The notes under the pieces are model-generated. The model did not search any database, had not been told where the DNA came from, and saw only the letters and a list, made by a program, of their open reading frames with translations. 64,000 nucleotides of DNA, from the NCBI RefSeq assembly GCF_018977255.1, contig NW_024704742.1, positions 12,960,001-13,024,000 on the forward strand, written 5' to 3'. Below are positions 62,430 to 64,000 of this stretch, in pieces. This stretch comes from Callorhinchus milii (lineage: Eukaryota). Positions within the stretch are counted from its first letter, which is position 1; each line of letters begins with the position of its first letter. A program made the translations under genes and the position numbers.

Positions 62430-64000
62430 TGTCGGGAGCAGAGGTAGGAGAGCGCGGAGGGGGGTAAGTGATTCACAAAGTGATGTCGACGAGACGTCAC
62501 AGTTAATAAAAAATGTTTTTAACCCAGCAACAACAACAATGTCTGCTCGAGCCTGGGCATCCTCCGCTGGGCCCATCGTGGCTCCAGGCACTGGCTGTCC
62601 CAGAGCAGCAACCCCAAGTGTCCAATCATTCACTCCTTCCACTCAAACCGCCTCCTTAAGGCAAATCCAACTTCCCCCTTCCTCACACGTACCCTCCCCA
62701 ATTCTCCACTCTCCACAACCATAATAATAATAATAATCTTTGCATTTGATATAGCGCTTTTCACATCGGGAGGACGTCCCAAAGCGCTTCACAGAATAGA
62801 CTGTAAAGTGAATTGACTATATTTGTGGGCGAACGCGGCAGCAGTGTCCCACAAACAGTCGTAGGTTGAAAATGACCAATTTATCATTGTTTTTGGTTTT
62901 GGAGGGATTATTATTAGGCGTGTGGAGTAAGGAAACTTGCCCAAGGTTTCACCTTGCCTGGAATTGAACTCAGGTCTCTCGCTTGCAACCATCTCTCCTA
63001 TACAGCCCAAAATCCTCTCCGCATCAATCTCTCCTCCCTCCCCCACCCTCCAGCAAACCCACCCGCATTTCCCTTCAAAATGTCTGTTCCCTCTCAAACA
63101 AAGCCCTCAAAATCCATGACCTCATCCTGGATGAGCACCTCGACATTCTTGGGCTCACAAAAACCTGGCTCTCCCTCAGTGACCCCATCCCCCTAGTTGA
63201 AACCTCCCCTCCAGGCTACTCCTTCCACCACCCCCCCCTGTCCAAACCAACATGGCGCTGGGGTGGCCCTCATCTCCAAAGCCTCCTTTGACTTCACTCC
63301 CTACTATGGATGCTTCCACTCTTTCGAGCACCTCACCCTTTTTCACCCCTCTCCCTTTGAAATTCCTCCTTGTTTACCGTCCCCCTAAATCCCTCCCACC
63401 AGCTCCTTCCACACAGACATCTCCACTTTCCTCTCTTTCCTGTCCCTCTGCTCCGAGCGCCTACTCATAATGGGCGATTTCAACCTCTACCCTGCACCAC
63501 TTCTGCTGATTTCACTGCCTTCCTCTCCTGTCCTCCCTTAACCGTACCCTACATATAAATTCACCCACCCACAACCATGGTCATGCACTTGACCTCATCA
63601 TCACCCACGGCCTTGACATTTCCGACCTTAGCATAGTGGACAATGCCATCTCGGACCACTTTTTCATCTCCTTCTCCTCTCATATCCCTCTCTCCTCCAC
63701 CAAGCCCTCAACCATCCTCTACTACCCTTGGAAAAGGCTACCCCTGAGACCCTCACAAAGGCCCCCTCATCATCAAACATCCTATCCTTCTGGCCTTCCA
63801 CCCACGGAGATCCTGAAGCAGCTGTCCAGCTGTTCCATGATCGCCTCTCCTCCACCTTCAACTCCCTCATCCCCCTAAAATCCAGGACCATCTCCAAACC
63901 CACCCGATCCCCCTGGTACAACAACTATCTCCACCACCAAAAATATGAAACCCGTCTGCTTGAGCGCAGATGGTAGAAAACTGGCCTGACAGTTTACCAC
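62430..64000 (+). mobile_element. 5' part of an L2 LINE with decayed APE endonuclease; runs off the window
   Basis: LGILRWAHRGSR, LQNVCSLSNKALKIHDLI...LDILGLTKTWL, GVALI, VYRPP, MGDFN, PTH.HGH.LDLII, ISDHF. Confidence 0.85.
62723..62985 (-). mobile_element. Young 5'-truncated family A SINE inserted in an L2, TSD CAACCAT
   Basis: CAACCAT at 62716-62722 and 62986-62992. Confidence 0.85.

Overview
Eukaryotic vertebrate DNA. The repeat content (Deu-domain tRNA-SINEs, L2 and CR1 LINEs, Penelope-type termini) suggests a cartilaginous fish; this is inference. Two spliced genes lie on the + strand. (1) The 3' part of LARP1B: 10 coding exons from 676 to 20533, including the full DM15 region and the stop codon. 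(2) A complete 3-exon PGRMC2: 34877-35192, 49803-49958 and 54309-54406, giving 189 aa. PGRMC2 exon 1 is a ~390-bp unique island between a 1.45-kb G-rich minisatellite and a ~9.4-kb 18-bp satellite that starts a few bases into intron 1; nearly every satellite unit carries a perfect RAG heptamer (CACAGTG) on the minus strand. The rest of the window is decayed L2 and CR1 LINEs, at least two Deu-type SINE families (one very young) and a decayed hAT/Charlie transposon. That transposon has captured a 260-bp copy of nearby DNA containing a Penelope-type minimal hammerhead ribozyme motif. Other candidates are an in-frame 39-nt Cys-rich LARP1B micro-exon, a regenerated 5' splice site in DM15, and a recurrent ~25-bp poly(A)-tailed micro-element. 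Most ORFs in the supplied track are repeat or TE artefacts.
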